Part shown: piece after piece, positions 16,720 through 20,000 of the stretch
Layout of the letters: every line of letters begins with the position of its first letter
How positions within the stretch are numbered: the first letter of the stretch is position 1
Source of the DNA: an uncultured virus (IMG/VR IMGVR_UViG_3300020166_000012)
Lineage: Duplodnaviria > Heunggongvirae > Uroviricota > Caudoviricetes
DNA: 20,000 bases
Reading direction: 5' to 3' (one strand)
Virus record (IMG/VR): IMGVR_UViG_3300020166_000012
Position numbers and translations under genes: made by a program
Notes under the pieces: generated by a model
The model's database searches: none
Seen by the model: the letters and a program-made list of their open reading frames with translations, nothing else
Told to the model about the DNA's origin: nothing

Positions 16720-17817
16720 TTAAACTTGTTGGCCTGCCGGAATATCCCGCCCCTGCGTTAGATCGCCAACATCAGTTGCGTTTCCATCGGCGGAAAAAGA
16801 AAACTTATCAATCGTGTTTATCGGGCCTCCGCCGCCAGAAGTATAACCGTTATCTGTACTCGATTGACCCGCGGCGCGGGCGGTTGTTTGAGTCAAATCT
16901 CCTACATCGGTTGCATTAGCATCTGATGCAAAAGGAAATTTTTCAATTGAATTAGTGGTAGGAACCCCGCCGGATGCATAACCAGATGCCACACTCGATT
17001 GCCCCGCGTTGTTGTTTCTTACAGCTGTTAAATCACCTACGTCAGTAGCATTAGCGTCAGCCGCAAAGGGAAACTTTTGAATAGTGTTAATTCTTGCACT
17101 AGTATCTTCCCCACCAGCGATGTACCCATGAGATGTAGAGCTACTCCCAGCTCCTTCTTTTACTGCTACTAAAGTATCTCCAACATCTGTTGCATTTGCA
17201 TCAGAAGCAAACTGAAACTTATCAATCGGATTTACTGAAATACCGGCCCGGCCACCAGAAGTATATCCTGATACGTCACTAGATTGACCCATCGTCGTCC
17301 ATCTGCTCACTGTCAAATCTCCAACGTCTGTTGCATTGCCATCAGCCGCAAAGGAAAACTTGTCAATTGTATTAACCTGAGGAGGGGCATGTCCACCAGA
17401 CGTGTACCCGGATGTAGTACTCGATTGACCCGCCGGTCCTTGGCGAGCTTGTGTTAGATCGCCGACATCTGTTGCATTGCCGTCAGTGGCAAAAGGAAAC
17501 TTGTCAATTACATTGCTATTGCCAGTCGCATAGCCTCCTGAAGTATACCCACTCACAGAGCCTTGCGCTTGCGTCGCGGTAGGAGCAGTAGGAAATTCAT
17601 CCATTTGTGCCCAACCACTAGCACCTCTATAAATCTTAAAGCTACCAGTATCGGCTTGATATGCTTGAGTACCGATAGGTACTATAGCAAGTGCTAATGC
17701 ATCTGAATCATCATAGCTATCTACGCCAGTCAAATCGCCAAGATTGTCAATATCATTAATATCCAGTGTTGACGAGGTACCCATCAAACCACTTAAATTT
17801 CTAGCTCTTGATGCCAT
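16720..17817 (-). CDS. Kelch-like 6-repeat beta-propeller protein, paralogue 3
   Basis: Six DVGD-containing repeats of ~45-50 aa. The N-terminus is nearly identical to 15626..16699; ends GQQV. Confidence 0.78.
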   Translation of the reverse strand: MASRARNLSGLMGTSSTLDINDIDNLGDLTGVDSYDDSDALALAIVPIGTQAYQADTGSFKIYRGASGWAQMDEFPTAPTATQAQGSVSGYTSGGYATGNSNVIDKFPFATDGNATDVGDLTQARQGPAGQSSTTSGYTSGGHAPPQVNTIDKFSFAADGNATDVGDLTVSRWTTMGQSSDVSGYTSGGRAGISVNPIDKFQFASDANATDVGDTLVAVKEGAGSSSTSHGYIAGGEDTSARINTIQKFPFAADANATDVGDLTAVRNNNAGQSSVASGYASGGVPTTNSIEKFPFASDANATDVGDLTQTTARAAGQSSTDNGYTSGGGGPINTIDKFSFSADGNATDVGDLTQGRDIPAGQQV

Positions 17818-17840
17818 TTTGAGAATTCCTTAATATCTTT

Positions 17841-18962
17841 TTAAACTTGTTGGCCTGCAGTAAACGTTTTTGTTTGCGTTAAGTCACCAACGTCTATTGC
17901 ATTAGCGTCAGAAGCAAATGGAAACTTATCTATCGTATTTACTCTTGGTGGAGCCGATCCTCCCGAAGTATATCCTGATTCAGTACTTGATTGCCCGCCG
18001 CCAATGTCGTTTCTTATTTGTGTTAAGTCGCCAACATCAGTAGCGTTGCCGTCTGAAGCAAACGAGAACTTATCTATCGTATTTACTCTTGGTGGCGCAT
18101 TACCACCTGATGTATAACCAGATACTGTGCTTGACTGGCCGGCCGGGTCAGATCTTGCTTGCGTCAAATCTCCAACATCAGTAGCGTTGCCATCAGCTGC
18201 AAATGGGAACTTATCTATCGTATTTCTTTGAGGAGGAGAAAAACCACCAGAACTATATCCTGATTCAGTACTTGATTGCCCCGCCGCAGACGCTCTTGCT
18301 TGTGTTAGGTCACCTACATCTGTTGCATTCGCATCAGCGGCAAAAGGAAACTTATCAATCGTGTTTGATACACTTGGTGCGTTACCACCTGATGTATAAC
18401 CTGAAACGCTGCTTGATTGGCCAGTAGCATACATTCTTGCCAGTGTCAAATCTCCAACATCAGTTGCGTTGCCGTCAGCTGCAAATGGGAACTTATCAAT
18501 TGTGTTTGTAATAGGAGTGGCATAGCCACCAGATGTGTACCCGGATGTAGTACTCGATTGACCATTTGCCGCAAAGACTGCGGCTGTTAAATCTCCAACG
18601 TCAGTTGCATTACCATCAGTTGCAAAAGAAAACTTTTCAATTGTGTTTTGTTGTGCAGAACCGCCCGAGACATAACCACTCACTGTTCCCTGGAACACCC
18701 ACGCTGCTGCAGCAGCGGCACCAGTAGATCCATCAATTGAATACCAATCGCTATCTGTCAACTTTATTAATAACCCCTCACTAGCAACAAATACTTGAGC
18801 ACCTTTAACAGCATCTTCGAAAGGAACATCAGATGCCGAATCATACACTGTCGGATCTATAGATGCGGTTAATTCAGCTGAAAATGCTTCGGCAGAAATT
18901 TTACCATCGCTGTTTATAAGCGATGCTAATTCTGCCAAATTGCGGCCGTTTGTTATTGCCAT
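17841..18962 (-). CDS. Kelch-like 6-repeat beta-propeller protein, paralogue 2
   Basis: Six GQSS-x2-SGYTSGG...NTIDKFPFAADGNATDVGDLT repeats; ends GQQV. Confidence 0.78.
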   Translation of the reverse strand: MAITNGRNLAELASLINSDGKISAEAFSAELTASIDPTVYDSASDVPFEDAVKGAQVFVASEGLLIKLTDSDWYSIDGSTGAAAAAAWVFQGTVSGYVSGGSAQQNTIEKFSFATDGNATDVGDLTAAVFAANGQSSTTSGYTSGGYATPITNTIDKFPFAADGNATDVGDLTLARMYATGQSSSVSGYTSGGNAPSVSNTIDKFPFAADANATDVGDLTQARASAAGQSSTESGYSSGGFSPPQRNTIDKFPFAADGNATDVGDLTQARSDPAGQSSTVSGYTSGGNAPPRVNTIDKFSFASDGNATDVGDLTQIRNDIGGGQSSTESGYTSGGSAPPRVNTIDKFPFASDANAIDVGDLTQTKTFTAGQQV

Positions 18963-18984
18963 TTGTTAAATCCTTAATATCTTT

Positions 18985-20000
18985 TTAAACTTGTTGACCG
19001 GCCATAAATTCACGAGCTTGAGTTAAATCACCTACGTCGGTTGCGTTGCCATCAGAAGCAAAAGGAAATTTGTCAATTGTAATTCTATCAACAGGCCCGT
19101 CTCCGCCTGAATTATATCCTGAAACTACACTTGATTGCCCGGCCGTGCCTCTTCTTGCCTGCGTCAAATCCCCCACATCGGTAGCATTTCCGTCAGCCGC
19201 AAATGGAAACTTGTCAATAACATTCGTATCAGACGGAGTAGATCCTCCTGAAGTATATCCTGAAATGCTACTCGATTGGCCTGTAGTGTTAAATCTTGCT
19301 TGTGTTAGATCACCTACATCCGTTGCATTACCATCACTAGTAAATGAAAATTTATCAATTACATTCGTGAGGGGACTGCCACCAGAAGCGTAACCGTAGG
19401 CAGTACTTGACTGACCAGCCGTACCATTCCCACGCGAAACGGACAAATCACCTACATCAGTTGCATTTGCATCCGCAGCAAATGGAAATTTATCAATCGC
19501 ATTATTTACTGGAAAGTTGCCAGATACTGTGTATCCAGATTCTACGCTTTCGTTTCCTGAGGGCCGTGCGCGAACAACCGTCAAATCACCAACGTCTGTA
19601 GCATTGGCATCTGCCGCAAACGGAAACTTGTCAATCACATTTAAGTAAGGGACTGGTGATCCTGGAGTAGATCCTCCTGAAGTATATCCTGAAATGCTAC
19701 TCGATTGGCCGGAGATATCACTGCGCAGCGCCGTTAAATCTCCTACGTCTGTTGCGCCTGCGTCAGCTGCAAAAGAAAATTTGTCAATTGTATTGACCCG
19801 GTTAGTACCATCGGGTGTTCCTCCAGAACTATAACCACTTATAGATCCTTGAGCCTGCGACACGGTAGGAGCAGCGGCACCAGTAGATCCATCAATTGAA
19901 TACCAATCGCTATCTGTCAACTTTATTAATAATCCTTCACTGGGGACAAATACTTGAGTACCTTTAACGGCGTCTTCAAAAGGAACATCAGATGCCGAAT
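18985..20000 (-). CDS. Kelch-like 6-repeat beta-propeller protein, paralogue 1; start lies beyond the window end
   Basis: The frame stays open from 19920 to 20000 (SASDVPFEDAVKGTQVFVPSEGLLIKL), matching paralogue 2, so TTG 19920 is not the real start. Confidence 0.78.
   Translation of the reverse strand, partial: SASDVPFEDAVKGTQVFVPSEGLLIKLTDSDWYSIDGSTGAAAPTVSQAQGSISGYSSGGTPDGTNRVNTIDKFSFAADAGATDVGDLTALRSDISGQSSSISGYTSGGSTPGSPVPYLNVIDKFPFAADANATDVGDLTVVRARPSGNESVESGYTVSGNFPVNNAIDKFPFAADANATDVGDLSVSRGNGTAGQSSTAYGYASGGSPLTNVIDKFSFTSDGNATDVGDLTQARFNTTGQSSSISGYTSGGSTPSDTNVIDKFPFAADGNATDVGDLTQARRGTAGQSSVVSGYNSGGDGPVDRITIDKFPFASDGNATDVGDLTQAREFMAGQQV

Noticed and set aside
15626..20000. CRISPR array or diversity-generating retroelement TR/VR pair
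   Set aside because: The repeats are in-frame protein repeats that vary at synonymous sites. I saw no adenine-specific mismatch pattern, and there is no reverse transcriptase or cas gene in the window.
1..20000. tRNA, rRNA or other structured RNA genes; host assignment
   Set aside because: Intergenic gaps are all under ~95 nt and AT-rich, with no cloverleaf seen. No host-diagnostic gene is present in the window.

Overview
A 20 kb segment of a T4-like myovirus genome, with all credible genes on the minus strand; the marine cyanophage/pelagiphage-like flavour is inferred. In transcription order (right to left) it holds a ~13.6 kb island of accessory virion or adhesin-like genes, followed by the conserved core gp13-gp14-gp15-gp16-gp17-gp18. 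The island has four paralogous 6-repeat Kelch-like propeller proteins, a protein with a cupredoxin-like C-x2-H-x2-M domain, a four-gene cassette of unknown function, and three paralogues that share an Ig-like N-terminus but carry different propeller heads. The stand-out feature is the large terminase gp17, which is fractured into two genes by an atypically split intein. The N-gene ends ...QEFGN|CLKSSSQ (short IntN). The C-gene starts with a 109-aa IntC ending ...VSHN|TFFGTG. A free-standing GIY-YIG homing endonuclease overlaps both halves and has its own TATAAATA late promoter and SD encoded inside IntN. The junction uses Asn(-1)/Thr(+1), apparently one residue away from the Cys(+1) site of the characterised TerL atypical split inteins. 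All calls come from motif recognition by eye; no database searches were run.
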